From: Dipteris shenzhenensis | Taxonomy: Eukaryota | Strand: one strand, 5' to 3' | NCBI GenBank assembly: GCA_047967505.1 | Contig: CM106538.1 | Length of the DNA: 64,000 nucleotides | Shown: one piece after another, positions 51,706 to 64,000 of the stretch | Position numbering within the stretch: the first letter of the stretch is position 1 | Layout of the letters: each line of letters starts with the position of its first letter | Position numbers and translations under genes: made by a program | The notes under the pieces: model-generated | The model's input: the letters and a program-made list of their open reading frames with translations, nothing else | Database searches by the model: none | Told to the model about the DNA's origin: nothing

Positions 51706-52929
51706 ATGTCGACTAGCAACCTCAATCTGGAGGCATCTGCTAAGTTAGACAACTCCAATTACGGTACATGGAAATACCGAATGGAGACCATTCTTGTGCT
51801 TCAGGACAAATGGGAGTATGTCGATGGATCCATACCTAGACCATTGGCCGATCCAGCCACCAGTAGCTCTACTCCATCTATTGTCACAGCACCAGCAACG
51901 GGATCTACATCGGGATCTACATCTACACAAACAGTTTCCACACCAGTAGCAGATCCTGCCATTGCCCGAGCTCAAGCAGAATGGGATAAGAAAGACAAGT
52001 ATGCCTATCACTTGATCAAGCAGAATGTGCAAGATGTCATGCTAGGACAGCTCAACACAGTTAAGACATCAAAAGAAGCATGGGATATGTTCGCAGCTCT
52101 CTACGAGTCCAAGAACACATCCAGGATTCTCACCCTGAGAAACCAGATCAACCAGAGTTTCCACAATAGCAGTGAAACTGGTCATGCTTATGTACTCCGC
52201 ATCAAAGACTACAACAATCAACTTGCAGCAGCAGGAGAGACTATGAATCCCGCAGAAATGGTTCAAGTAATCCTGAATGGACTAGGAGAAGGATATGAGA
52301 ATCTAGTCCAGAGTATTGCCATCCAACGGCAAATTCCAACACTGGAAGAACTTCAGTCAGTTCTACTTGGTGAAGAACTCAGGACTCAGGCCATTCAAGC
52401 ACGTAAAGGTCATTCTAATGATCAGGCATTCACAGCTTCAGACAGAAGCAGAGGCAAAGGTAGAAACAGAGGTAGATCATATCAGAAAAGTGGTCATCAT
52501 CAACAAGATCAAAGTCAGCATCAGCATCAGCATCCTCAGCAACATCAAAATCAGCAAAGAGGAAATCATTCCAACCGAGGAAGATTCCAAGGACGAGGGA
52601 ATGCATCCACCAATGTGTCAAACATTCAATGCAACTATTGTCACAAGTTTGGACACTATGAAAGAGATTGCCGCAAGAAGCAGTATGACCAAGGCGGTCA
52701 ATCCAGAGGGAATTCCCGAGGAAGAGGAAATCATCGTGGTGGACATTCTAGTCACAGTCATTTTGCAAATGAACATGGCAATATGTTTCTTGCAAGTGAG
52801 GAATTGCATCAGACTGATACAATGCACCTAGACACACTGATTTCAATCCCAAAGAGGATTTCAGTTATCAAGTCGACCAAGTGGAACAGGATCCTTGGTA
52901 CATCGACAGCGGTGCATCATCTCATATGA
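51706..52929 (+). CDS. gag: copia Gag with CCHC knuckle; out of frame with Pol
   Basis: MSTSNLNLEASAKLDNSNYGTWK ... CNYCHKFGHYERDC. Confidence 0.9.
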   Translation: MSTSNLNLEASAKLDNSNYGTWKYRMETILVLQDKWEYVDGSIPRPLADPATSSSTPSIVTAPATGSTSGSTSTQTVSTPVADPAIARAQAEWDKKDKYAYHLIKQNVQDVMLGQLNTVKTSKEAWDMFAALYESKNTSRILTLRNQINQSFHNSSETGHAYVLRIKDYNNQLAAAGETMNPAEMVQVILNGLGEGYENLVQSIAIQRQIPTLEELQSVLLGEELRTQAIQARKGHSNDQAFTASDRSRGKGRNRGRSYQKSGHHQQDQSQHQHQHPQQHQNQQRGNHSNRGRFQGRGNASTNVSNIQCNYCHKFGHYERDCRKKQYDQGGQSRGNSRGRGNHRGGHSSHSHFANEHGNMFLASEELHQTDTMHLDTLISIPKRISVIKSTKWNRILGTSTAVHHLI

Positions 52930-55900
52930 CAAATCATCAGGAATGGTTCACAGAAATGAAGCCATTAGAAGGTCAAAAGAATGTCATCTACACAGCAGAC
53001 AATACACCGAATCCGGTTCAAGGGACAGGTGTTATGCCTATGAACAATTTCACTGGTACAAAAGGATTAGTCAAAGATGTGCTCTATGTTCCGAAGCTCA
53101 GCAAGAACCTTTTGTCAGTAGGTCAAATGACGGAACACAACTACAAAGTCATCTTCGACGGTGATGAATGCACTATCAGAGACAAATCCAAAAGAGGTCA
53201 GCTAGTAGCAAAAGGTGTCAAGGAAGGTGTCAAGGAAGGACGCTTATACAGGATGCTAGCTACAGTACCAGATAAGCATGCCATGTCAGCTCAAATGCAA
53301 CAGATGCCACTATCCGCAAAATGGCACAAGAGATATGGTCATGTCAACTTCAAGTACTTGTTAGATCTCCGGAATCAAAATATGGCAATTGGGATTCCGA
53401 AGCTACAGTTTCTTGGAAAGGTTTGTGAAGCATGCTGCTTCGGCAAACAAAAGCGAACCAACTTTGTCAGAAGTACCTCTCGTGCACAAGGTATTCTTGA
53501 TTTGATTCATACAAATGTATGGGGTTATGCCCAGACCCGCAGCATCAATGGTTCACTTTATTACTTGACCTTCATCGACGACTACAATAGATATTGTTGG
53601 GTCTACTTTCTAAAAGAGAAATCTGAAGTGTTTGCCAGATTTCCAGAATTCAAAGCCATGGTAGAAAACCAAACAGGCAGAAAGATCAAGGTCATGAGAT
53701 CAGACAGAGGAGGTGAATACATGTCTTCAGCATTCATGAACTTTTGCAAAACTCATGGCATTCGAAGACAATTCACATGTGCAGATACTCCTCAGCAGAA
53801 TGCACGAGCTGAAAGGAAGAATGGGACTTTAGCAGACAGTGCTAGAGCAATGCTTAGTGAAAAGCATCTTCCAAATCAGTATTGGGCAGAAGCAATAGCT
53901 ACAGCTAACTACTTGCTTAATCGGCTTCCTACCGAACCGATACAAGGTATGACTCCTTATGAAGCATTCACTGGACACAAGCCACGCATTGGGCATCTCC
54001 GCATATTTGGTTGCATAGCATATGCCCACATACATGATGATCATCGCAGGAAATTGGATGCGAAGTCACGCAAATGCATCATGGTTGGCTACAGTGAAGA
54101 AAGCAAAGCATACAAATTGTATGATCCCATCAACCGCAAAGTCATTATCTCCAGAGATGTAATCTTCGATGAGGAATCAGAATGGAAAACCTCACCTACA
54201 CAGGAGATAGAAGCATCGACTTCACAGTCATCTACAGAACAGGTTGATGAAGAAGAGCAAGAATTGCCAGCAACACCCCAAGCAGTGCCACAGCAGCTCA
54301 GACGGTCTACTAGGGAAAGCAGACCACCAGCCAGATTGACATATGCTCAGAAAGGCAAAGCAATTCAGGTGGAAACCACCAACTATGCTCTTATGACTAC
54401 CATCATGGCTACAGAAGAGCCAGTGTACTTCGAAGACGTAGTCGACAAGCCAGAATGGCAAACTGCTATGAATGAAGAAATGGATGCTTTGTATAAAAAT
54501 AACACTTGGGAATTATGCGACCTTCCACCAAGAAAGAAGGCCATAGCCAACAAATGGGTATACAAAGTGAAGTACAATCCAGATGGCAGTATTCAGAGAT
54601 ACAAAGCCAGATTAGTTGCAAAAGGATTTGCACAACAATATGGCCAAGATTATGATGAGACTTATGCTCCAGTAGCAAAGATGGATTCCATACGGTTCTT
54701 GATATCACTAGCGACACTCAGTAAATGGAATGTGTATCAGCTCGATGTCAAGAATGCATTTCTCAATGGTTATCTAGACGAGGAAGTCTACATGCAACAA
54801 CCAGCCGGTTATGTTGAACCAGGAAAGGAGAACAAGGTTTGCCATCTCAAGAAAAGTCTCTATGGCTTAAAGCAAGCACCCAGAAGTTGGTACAGCCGAA
54901 TTGACAAGTATTTTGCTGATCTGGGATACATGAAGTCCAATGCAGATCATACTCTCTACTACAAAGTTCAAGGGGAAGATATTACTATTGCACTTTTGTA
55001 CGTAGATGATCTCATTATGACAGGAAGCAAGGATAGCTTCATCAGAAAGCTAAAACAAGACTTATCTGCAGAGTTCAACATGAAAGATCTTGGACTTATG
55101 CACTATTGTCTTGGAATTGAGTTCTGGAGAGATTCAGATAGCACATTCATGAGTCAGCTCAAGTATGTTGACAGTCTCGTGAAGAAGTTTCATATGGCAG
55201 ATTGCAAGATTGCAGCCACTCCCATGGAACAGAGTTTGAAACTTACTAAAGATTCAGAAAAGCCTACAGTCAATGACAGATACTACAGGCAACTCATTGG
55301 ATCTCTTATATATCTGACAATCACACGGCCAGATATTTGTTATGCAGTAAGCTCACTAGCACAGTTTATGGCAAATCCAAAACAGTCTCACTGGAATGCA
55401 GCCAAAAGAGTCTTGAGATACATCAGAGGTACAAGACAATTTGGGATAGAATACAGAGGAAGTCATCCACGGTTGCATGGATACTGTGATAGTGACTATG
55501 CTGGAGATCATGAGACCAGGAGATCGACACAGGGATATGCATTTTTCCTTGGTCAAGGTGCTATATCATGGTTGTCAAACAAACAGCCAACTGTTTCTTT
55601 GTCTTCGATTGAAGCAGAATATAGAGCACTCACTACAGGTGCATGTGAAGCTATATGGCTCAGAAGACTATTGTCAGAAACAGATTACTTTGATGAGTCA
55701 AAGCCAACAACAATATACTGTGATAATCAATCGGCTCAAGCATTGGCCAAAAATCCAGTATATCACTCCAGGACAAAGCACATTGATGTCAGAGAGCACT
55801 TCATCAGAGAAAGAGTGTTACTTGGTGACATCACACTGCAGCATTGTCATAGCAAAGAAAATGTTGCAGACATCTTTACCAAACCACTCGGTAAAGAGCT

Positions 55901-55967
55901 ATTCGAGAAACACCGACTAGCTCTTGGTTTGATGCAGAAGAAGGACATTCCCATTAAAGGGGTGTGA
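52881..55967 (+). CDS. pol: copia Pol (PR, GAG-pre-integrase, IN, RT, RNase H), uninterrupted 1028 aa
   Basis: WYIDSGAS, RSDRGGEY, AERKN, YVDD, CDSDYAGD, HSRTKHID. Confidence 0.95.
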   Translation: MEQDPWYIDSGASSHMTNHQEWFTEMKPLEGQKNVIYTADNTPNPVQGTGVMPMNNFTGTKGLVKDVLYVPKLSKNLLSVGQMTEHNYKVIFDGDECTIRDKSKRGQLVAKGVKEGVKEGRLYRMLATVPDKHAMSAQMQQMPLSAKWHKRYGHVNFKYLLDLRNQNMAIGIPKLQFLGKVCEACCFGKQKRTNFVRSTSRAQGILDLIHTNVWGYAQTRSINGSLYYLTFIDDYNRYCWVYFLKEKSEVFARFPEFKAMVENQTGRKIKVMRSDRGGEYMSSAFMNFCKTHGIRRQFTCADTPQQNARAERKNGTLADSARAMLSEKHLPNQYWAEAIATANYLLNRLPTEPIQGMTPYEAFTGHKPRIGHLRIFGCIAYAHIHDDHRRKLDAKSRKCIMVGYSEESKAYKLYDPINRKVIISRDVIFDEESEWKTSPTQEIEASTSQSSTEQVDEEEQELPATPQAVPQQLRRSTRESRPPARLTYAQKGKAIQVETTNYALMTTIMATEEPVYFEDVVDKPEWQTAMNEEMDALYKNNTWELCDLPPRKKAIANKWVYKVKYNPDGSIQRYKARLVAKGFAQQYGQDYDETYAPVAKMDSIRFLISLATLSKWNVYQLDVKNAFLNGYLDEEVYMQQPAGYVEPGKENKVCHLKKSLYGLKQAPRSWYSRIDKYFADLGYMKSNADHTLYYKVQGEDITIALLYVDDLIMTGSKDSFIRKLKQDLSAEFNMKDLGLMHYCLGIEFWRDSDSTFMSQLKYVDSLVKKFHMADCKIAATPMEQSLKLTKDSEKPTVNDRYYRQLIGSLIYLTITRPDICYAVSSLAQFMANPKQSHWNAAKRVLRYIRGTRQFGIEYRGSHPRLHGYCDSDYAGDHETRRSTQGYAFFLGQGAISWLSNKQPTVSLSSIEAEYRALTTGACEAIWLRRLLSETDYFDESKPTTIYCDNQSAQALAKNPVYHSRTKHIDVREHFIRERVLLGDITLQHCHSKENVADIFTKPLGKELFEKHRLALGLMQKKDIPIKGV

Positions 55968-56869
55968 TGGAATGTAATGCTCAGTCCTTCTTCGATTCCC
56001 CGGAATCATCATCTTGAGGGAAGGCCTACTTCATGATGTTGATCTTGAGGGAAGGTGTTGAGAGTTCACGCTCAACATCATGTGATCATGTGTGCATAGC
56101 ACCATCATGTGATCATATGTGCATAGCACTAACCTTATAGAGTGCTATAAAGGAAAGGGTTAGATCCCCTAACCCTAACCCTAAAAGGGTTTGTATATAT
56201 TCTATTTTTTCAACTAATTCTAGTGTACAGTTAGTCATTTGTGGTGTGCTCTCTAGCTGTGCCCTCTCTCCTCATCTCCACTCTTCTCCTCTCCTCTCTT
56301 CATATTTTGTCACTTCCTTGTAACAACATCACAACTGACCTATGATGGAGCCCTATGTGAAAAACTCTATAAAAAGAAGTTTTAGCTCTTGCATTTGAAA
56401 CTACCTTTGTTGGTCGAGAAGAAAGAATAGGTGACAGAGTTTGATTCCAATGTTTCCAAGGTTCATTTGATGGTTTTTTGGATTATAAGATACTATTATA
56501 TTGAAGATTATGACAGTTGAAGTCAATTCTTTTGAGTGTTACAATTGATCCTTTGTGGGTGGGAGGGGGTTTCATTTAGCATTTGGCTTTCGTTTTTGTT
56601 TAAATTTTTTTCTTTAAATTAGGGTAAGAACTACGTCATAGGCCAACGTTGACCTTGAAAATTTATAATGGTTTGAGTTGTGCATTATTTTTTACTATAG
56701 ATTGTTTTTTTAGCATTGCCCTCGCTAGGGCAGGCTATAGCAGCGACAATCTAAAGCTCACTTGTTAACTTTGATTTTAACTCATTTCCAAAACGACACC
56801 ATTGGCCTCTTGTTCTATTTCCTTTATTACTTGTTTTCTTTGGGTGTGTGAAATTTTGTGAAATTGTGT

Positions 56870-57715
56870 CGGGTATTGATAGAGATCTTGTTATATGCAG
56901 ATGATACAGTACATGTCTCATATTCACTGGAGAGATTACAGCAACATCTAGATGCATTACAAGCTTTTTGTACGGACTGAGACCTCATGGTGAACCTTGG
57001 GAAAACCAAGGTTATGGTGCTCAACACCTCGGCAGCATGGATCAACAGACTTGATTGTAGTTTCACCCTTAGAGGAGAGGCGGATGAACTGGTTTGGGAT
57101 TATGCTTATCTTGGGGTTACCTTCATAAGGCCATAGTTCTCACTGAGAGGGGCATTGGAGCCGAGGCTAACATGAGCATATACATTTTTGGGGGCACTGG
57201 AGAGACAATGCCTGCATATTCAGTTTCAAGAGAGACGCACCAAATTATGGATCTTTGATACTATGGTGACACCTGGAGCGAGTATGGAGCAACAGTTTGG
57301 GGAGCAAGTCTTTACCATACCATAGAACATGATCTCGAGGGACAGGCTAGACCAAAGAGAAGGTACTATGATGGATGGGATCATATGCAGAGACCTCTGG
57401 TCATGCTGATATCATGCATGATTCGAAGCAAAGGATCGGTCCCACATGAGATTGTCAGAGCGGAGTTGGGAGCAGCACCAATGGTAGCAAAGCACTTTTT
57501 CAAGTAGTGACATTCTTACAACTCCCCTAGCGATGGTACCCTCGTTTGGCACTTACGCCGTCCGGAGAGTTGGGAGATAACCGGGATGATGAGTGTTAGT
57601 TCTCCCACGAGCATATGGTTGAGCATGCATAGCATGCAAATTGATAGACTCCCGGGTTTTCAGAGCTGAACTGGGTGACGAGAATGGACAGAGAGGGCAT
57701 GGCTAACTGGGACGA
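56870..57715 (+). mobile_element. LINE RT fragment related to the 5294-17522 family
   Basis: LLYADD...LQQHLDALQAFC...MVNLGKTKVMV, colinear with about 14400-15130. Confidence 0.8.
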
Positions 57716-60029
57716 AGATGTTGCAATATCAGAGTCATTTCTTACACCTCTCAGTGGATGGGTTCATCATTACGGCCGAGCTACATGGATACCCCCCTTC
57801 CACATCTCTGGCTGGGGTTTGAGGACTAGAGATGTCTAGGTCTATTCCTGCTGAAGATTTAGGGTCGCCGATCGGGGAGCAGACCTCTGTCAGACCCGCT
57901 CCACCCAGCCAGAGATCTGTCACACTGATTTCTTCACAATAGTCCCTCCCCCGATATCTACGCCTCAACACCAACACCCCCCCGTTGCTAGCACACCATT
58001 CTCTTCATGCAGGATCACTTTAGATAGAGCACTTGCACTCAGTCGGGCACGGCGTCCGCGACTAACCAAACCACGCCCCAGGTGCCCTTTCCATGGACAG
58101 ATTGCGCGGCATCGGAGGCGTCTACCGAGGCGTGCTGATCTCTGTGGCGTACATATGCATCATGATGGATATACTCGGATGCCATCTCTACCCCTAGTTA
58201 GAATAGAGTTGTACTCTCTTTTTCTCTTTCAGTGATCAGACTTCATCAGTTGCAGGTTTTGCTTCTAGACGCTCCTCTCTCTCTCCCTCTCTCTCACACA
58301 GGTGTTCACCGCTCAGAAATTCCAGCAAGCGTTTGTATGTTTCAAATCATCCAGTTCAAGAGGAGGCCTCAGAGAATCACAGGGTCGCGCGCAGTTTCAG
58401 GTTGGCCCTTTCGTAGGCGGGGATTTTACGCTAGACAGGTTGGATTTCGTTAGTGCTGAAGGGTACATGGATTTAGACTGCTGAGCCGGCCGATTAAGGA
58501 GAGGACGGACGGGAGCTTTGCAAGTTAGATGTTGTCGAAGATGGTAACAAACTGAGGCAAGCGATGCAAACGTGAAAAAGTCCGCTGGCCATTCGAGAAA
58601 ACTTTCGTTTGCAAGACATTCGAATAAACTTTCGTTTGTATCATCAGCAAAACGCAAGGAGGAATTCGTTAATGGATTTGGTGAATCATCTGTCGATGGC
58701 TGAAAAGCTTGTGTACGTAAGAACCATTGTTTCGACCGTCTTTTCCAACGCAAGGATGCGTATGCCCAGGCGTTTGCACCTCGAAAATGTGGGTTTTCAT
58801 CTCATCGAGTTTTGTGAAGACTATGTCTCGCAAAGATGGTGTCGCGCATATTAGAGCAGTTGGCGATTCGATGGAAAATTATGCGTCAGGGAAGGACAAG
58901 GGATCTCCACCATCGGCAAGGCTTTCTCGACCTCCACCGGTTCCTTCAAAACCCACGTCAAAAGCACCTGAAAGTTCTCTTGTGACTCATTATTGCAGCG
59001 GGTTTTAGAAAACTTATTGTGGGCAGGCCGCAGCATACCCTTGACCAGTGAGGCTGTTGCTTGTCGTCGGTCGGTCTGATGAAGCGATTAAATTTGTTTA
59101 AGGACAGCCAATCAAGTCAATTGGTTAAGTTTGATTTATATATTCTATAGTTCAACGGTTTTAGTGGTTATAGTGGCAACTCAGGTAGTCCACGGTTTTA
59201 GTGATTTTAATACCAACCGATATGTATAAAGGTAGTCTAGACTCTAGTGAAATATCCTCGAAGATGCAATTTGCTTTATAAGTTCTATAATGATATGAAA
59301 GAGTAATACAAATATGAAGAAGGATTTTTTTGGGGAAAAAGATTTCTCACATTTGAAAATAGACAAAGCATGATCCTACATATATTGACAATAACTCGTG
59401 TTGAGCATCTTTGTTATTAGTGCATATCTCTATTATTAGTTCGTATGTTTGTTATGCCTTTTGCTTTGATTATATTTTTACATGTTTGTAGAAAGTGAAA
59501 GAGATCTAGGTGACTCGTGTGTTCAAGGATATTGATTTCTTGAGTTGCAATACGAGTACAGCTATTAACATTCAAGTAATATAGTAGTCTCTTATCCATT
59601 CACGAGATTTATTCACGGTGTTCTTGATACTAATATTCTCAATGCCATCAATCTTGATACCCAAGTAAGGTCTCGTTCCCTCGGATTATAATTCTTTGGG
59701 GAAGGAAGCAGAGCACCTTGCACTCCCACTATGTGTGGTTATAATAATTATATTATATGTTATTATAAAAAGTTTCTTAATTTCTTTCTTTACTTGGTTC
59801 AATCTAAATTCTTACAATGTTCCTTTCTTTTGATACATGTTCTTGATGCGAGGGAAGATTTGGAATCAGCATAGCAGAGATAGACGATTTAGATGCAAGA
59901 TTGAACTTATGACTCATATGGTTGTAACAATATTATATACGCTGCAACCAAGGATAAATTATCTTCTCTTGTAAGCATAGACTTATTCATTTATTTGTTT
60001 CTTCAATTCCCAAAAGGCACAAATTTTTG

Positions 60030-62380
60030 CACTCGACCAAGTCAATAATAAAACATCATCCACTTGTCCATCATGAGCATAATCTGATTACCAAAAATAG
60101 CATCAAACACCTCCAAGGACCACTTCTCCAGCCCTGTGGAGGCAAACGGAAATCTCCAAACGGGGTGTGTCTGAGATCCCACTGCACTGATCAAACCCCC
60201 TTTTGGGGGTTGAAGGACCATGAGCCTGACCTCCAATGGTAGAGGGTATGAGTTCGGGATCTCCAAATAGTTCTAGGGTCCTAACCTCCAGAATTCCCAT
60301 GGTAAGGTATGCCCAGGCTGGAAGTTGGGAGCTGCTAGTCGGGAAGACAAGCCTCGTCCCTCAGGATCCCTCTCTTAGCGGACCTGTTGCTATGATGAGG
60401 AAGCAGAAGGGGGTGTCATCGTTCCCTTGCCTGATGGGAGGGGTGTTGAAGCAGAAGAAGCTACTACTAAAGCGGAGAGGACGACGGCGGGAGAGTGAGA
60501 GGTAGGGACACGGGGGACGGAGGGCGGGGGGCAGGTGGTGAGAGTGACCATAGAAGGGGGGACTGAGGGGGGGGGGAGGGGGCGGGGGCAATCTTAGGGA
60601 GGGAGGGGAAAGTGAAGAGGAGGAGGGGGAGGGGTTTGGGGGGGGGAGGAGGGGGAGGAGGAGGAGGGAAAAGGGTGACCACATGACCCCCTGCTGATCA
60701 AGCTCGTTGGGGCTCTAGATCGCGGCTCCTCCACGGCCCTCATTGGGCTAGCATCTGCGGCTTCCGCCATCGTCGCATTTGGAGCTCCTGGGGCTCTCTA
60801 TTGTTGCAAGGGTGGGTGTGGATTCTCAACTTCCGAAGCTGAAGGATCAGCTGGATGGACATTAGCCTCTGCTGCTGGAAGAGGTGGCTCCTACTGTTCC
60901 TCTTTCGAGGTCTCTCAGTCAACCCTATCCCTCTCCCTGCGGTTGGCCCTCTGTCTGCAGCGTTTGCAGGCTTGCTTGCTTGATTTATTTTTCTTTTAAA
61001 CCTGTGTGTAGTTCCCTTCCGAGGGGTAGCCCATGGGGTTTGAGACTCCTACTGCTCCTGCCTGAGAGGGTGCTGGAACTCAGGCCTGCTGACTCTGGCT
61101 ACTCTGTGGAGGAGGGGGGGGGGGTGCACAAGGAAGGCCATGGGGGCAATCTCTGGCGAGGTAACCTATTTGTCTGCATCGAAGACACTGGCCTGATAAC
61201 CCGGAAATCTCCACCCTTTGGTGAAGTGTGCCCCCTTCCAGGGTCATGAGAAGGATCAGCTCTGGAAGGGACTTCGGGCTCTCCACCACCAGTCTAATCC
61301 TAGGGACTCCATCATCTACTAGAACAGAGGCGGTCATCCCTGGTGGGGACTCCAGCATTGTGCCAAATGCCCAACCAATGGAAGGGAGGATGGCTCGATA
61401 CTCCTTGGGGAACCCTAGGAAGCGGAGTGTAACCGAAAACCGTGGAACATGGTGTGTCGTATCCATGTCCTCCACTGTGAACCCATGACACCAAGGAAAG
61501 AGGTAGACAAGGTGCGGGCCAAGGAGTATGGGGCTTTGCTCCAGAAGCGTCGAGGCAGTGTTAGGGGAGCTCAGTTGGATGAGAAAAACGCCTCGTCCAT
61601 AGATGGTGACATCCTGGATGTGGTCGCCCTCTAATGTCAAGCTCACCTGAATCCACTCTCGCACTTGTCTCTGTGTAGGTGTGAGGCCCACAATTCTGCC
61701 CACAAGTGCCTTGTCCTAGAGGGACTGAAGTGCTTGATGTACCTGTTGCTTGTCAGCTGGGGAAAGAAGAACCTTAACGGCTATGGGAGTTGAGGGTGCT
61801 TCCATAGAGCTCCTCTGGCCATACCAAAGGTCACCACCAACATTTTCTTTCACTGTAACAAACATGAATGCTCCCGCTGTAGGGAGGCAAATGAACAAGG
61901 ACGAAGCAGAGAGGCGGAGGAGAGAGAAGGAGAGGGCAAGGGGGGAAGGAGGGAGCAAGGGGAGGAGGAGGAAGGAATGAAGAAATGGAAGGAGGCGAGA
62001 GAGGCGGGAGAAGAGGAGAAGAAGACGGTGGGGGGACGTGGAATGGCAAGGCTAGCGGGAGGGCAAAAGGGCGAGAAGAGGTGTGAGGCGGCAAGGAGGG
62101 GAGGCAAGGAGGCAGAAGGAGGGGGGGAAGTGAGGACGGGGGAGCAACAAGGGGAGGCAGAGCGGGGAAGGCAGTGAGTGGGGGCGGAGGCAACAAGGGG
62201 AGGCAGGGGAGAAGGTAGAGCAGGGGGTAGAGGTGGAGCGGGGAAGGAAGGTGCAGAGCGGAGAGGGGGGAGGGGCGAGGCAGAGTGAGGGTGAGGCAAG
62301 GAGGTAGGGCGAGCAGCGGGCGGAGCAAACAGGCCGCCGCAGGTAGAGGGGGGGAGCTCACTGAGCAGCTCCACCACCGC
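60030..62380 (-). mobile_element. L1-type LINE 5' portion: pyrimidine-rich leader and ORF1 (DUF4283-like plus zinc knuckle)
   Basis: ORF 61080-61703 contains GRIVG...VREWI...GRGVFLIQL...LFPW...CLRCRQIGYLARDCP. Confidence 0.7.
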
Positions 62381-62389
62381 TTCGCTTTT

Positions 62390-64000
62390 TGATATAGATT
62401 GGATTAGTTATTGACACTTAGGTCACCTAGTACTTTTAGTGTCTTATGACACCTAGTACTAATGGTACCACTAGGACACTAGGAGGTCCTAGGGTTCTCT
62501 TTTATAGTACTTTGTACTTTCATTTTCATTATACTAGTTGATGTGACGGCTTCCACTTCTTGCTCCACTCTTGTGCATCCTTTTGCTTCTGTGAGCCTAC
62601 AGTGGTATCAGAGCACTTCCTTCCCAAACCTGCTCGCTACTCCTAGCTTCCTGCTTCCATCTCTAGCTCTCGCACTTTAGCTCCATCGTGAAGCTCAGCT
62701 ACCGGATGTCTTGCACAGCTCCGACGAGACCCCGCGACCTGTTGTCCATACAATTTCATAAAATTGTATGGATTTTCATACGATGTGCCAACTGTTTCAA
62801 AAAAAATCCCATTCTGTACAGCGCGTCAGACCATGTTCGTACAATTGTATGGATTTCTGTATAGTTTTCGATTTCCGTATAGTTTTTGATTTTTGCAGAT
62901 TTTCATACTTCGGCATCCATACAGTTCTGTACCGGCCGTACCATTCCGTACCGTTCGGAGCAGACATTGCAACAGATCTGCAATTTTTTGGCGACACTTG
63001 GGGCTTTTGCATTTGGGCCACGATTTTGCAAGTAGATTGCAGATTTGTAGACAATTTGGGGCTTTTCTTGAATTTGCCCCATTTTTGGCTCAGTTTTGTT
63101 GTACAAATGGGGGCTTTTGGGTCTATTGCAGGCAGATTGCACAATACTTTTAGATTTGCATTGAGTTTGGCAACAAATTTCAGGCCATTTGATCACATTT
63201 GCAAATTACACCTTATTTTGGGGCTTTTTCATTCGGGCTACGATTTTGCAAGTAGATTGCAGATTTGTAGACCATTTGGGGCTTTTCTTGAATTTGCCCC
63301 ATTTTGCGCTCAGTTTTGCTCTACAAATTGGGGCTTTTGGGTCTATTGCAAGCAGATAACACAATACTTTCAGATTTGCAGTGAATTTGGCAACAAATTG
63401 CACGCCATTTGATCACATTTGCAAATTACAGCTTATTTTGGGGCTTTTTCAGATTTGGACAACAAGTCCTATTTTTTGCAGTTGCAAGCCTTGAGGCTAT
63501 CTTTTGGGTCACTTTGTCAATGCTTTTTGACTTGTCCCATTTGCAATGGCTGGCAACAATCATGATTTATTTGGCATTCTTCATGAAGATGATAAGTTGG
63601 ATGGCACCAAATATCCGATGTGGTCTTATCTCATGAAACATATTCTTGTTGCAAGGCATTTTTGGAACATTGTTTCTGGGGTTGATCTGAGGCCAGCCAA
63701 TGCTACAATGGCTTGCCAGTCCCCCTGTAGAGGCTACTCCTCTTGATGCTTTATCCTCTAGCACCCCTGTTGCTGCTCTTCCAACTTAGGAGCAAACAAG
63801 ATGGGATGCAAGAGATCCAAATGCACATTCCTGTATTGCTTTATCATGCAAGAGAATCATTATTCCACACATCCGGTCATGCAGGATAGCAAAGGATGTT
63901 TGGGACAAATTGGCTTCTCTTTATCAGATTTGCAATGAGGCACGTGCTGCATATTTAAGAAGGCAATTGCAGGAAGTCAACATGAATGAAGGTGACTCTA
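62390..64000 (+). mobile_element. Ty1/copia element F 5' end (LTR ~62390-62601, PBS 62603-62614, degenerate gag from 63546)
   Basis: CCTACA-G-TGGTATCAGAGC; a 220-bp leader duplication at about 62998-63440; gag KLDGTKYPMW ... IIPHIRSC similar to copia A. Confidence 0.85.

Larger units (their letters stand above)
49177..56312 (+). mobile_element. Near-intact young Ty1/copia element E with CTTCC target-site duplication
   Basis: 257-bp LTRs at 49177-49433 and 56056-56312 (one substitution seen); TSD at 49172-49176 and 56313-56317; PBS TGGTATCAGAGC at 49434; PPT GAGGGAAGG before 56056. Confidence 0.98.

Noticed and set aside
52815-52929. Programmed ribosomal frameshift between gag and pol
   Set aside because: No clear slippery heptamer plus structure was seen. 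A single-base deletion is simpler unless sister copies share the break.
57719-58300. Solo LTR
   Set aside because: TG...CA-like ends and LTR-like composition, but no TSD or second copy to support the boundaries.
61831-62377. Pro/Leu-rich 175-aa ORFs
   Set aside because: Low-complexity purine/pyrimidine-biased leader of the L1-type element.
62768-63412. 214-aa ORF upstream of gag
   Set aside because: Lies in the duplicated leader of copia F and has no recognisable domain.

Overview
Repeat-saturated land-plant nuclear DNA; a seed-free lineage such as a fern is my inference from the TE types. I can support no intact host gene. The window is a nest of transposons. It holds at least six Ty1/copia LTR retrotransposons or large remnants. 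One (49177-56312) is near-intact and very young and carries an antisense, intron-less beta-tubulin fragment in its leader. A two-ORF APE-RT LINE (about 5294-17522) is interrupted by a full copia and a solo LTR, and sits in a head-to-tail chain of related LINE 3' ends joined by (CT)n. There are also L1-type fragments. The most unusual block is about 39100-46010, apparently a large decayed hAT-associated cargo unit. In order it contains short terminal-type repeats, an array of eight ~40-nt covarying stem-loop repeats with 23-62-nt variable spacers (CRISPR-like layout, no cas genes), a frameshifted protein-kinase gene, a second decayed ORF, a 9-bp tandem array, and a convergent hAT transposase. 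All coordinates were read by eye and no database searches were run.
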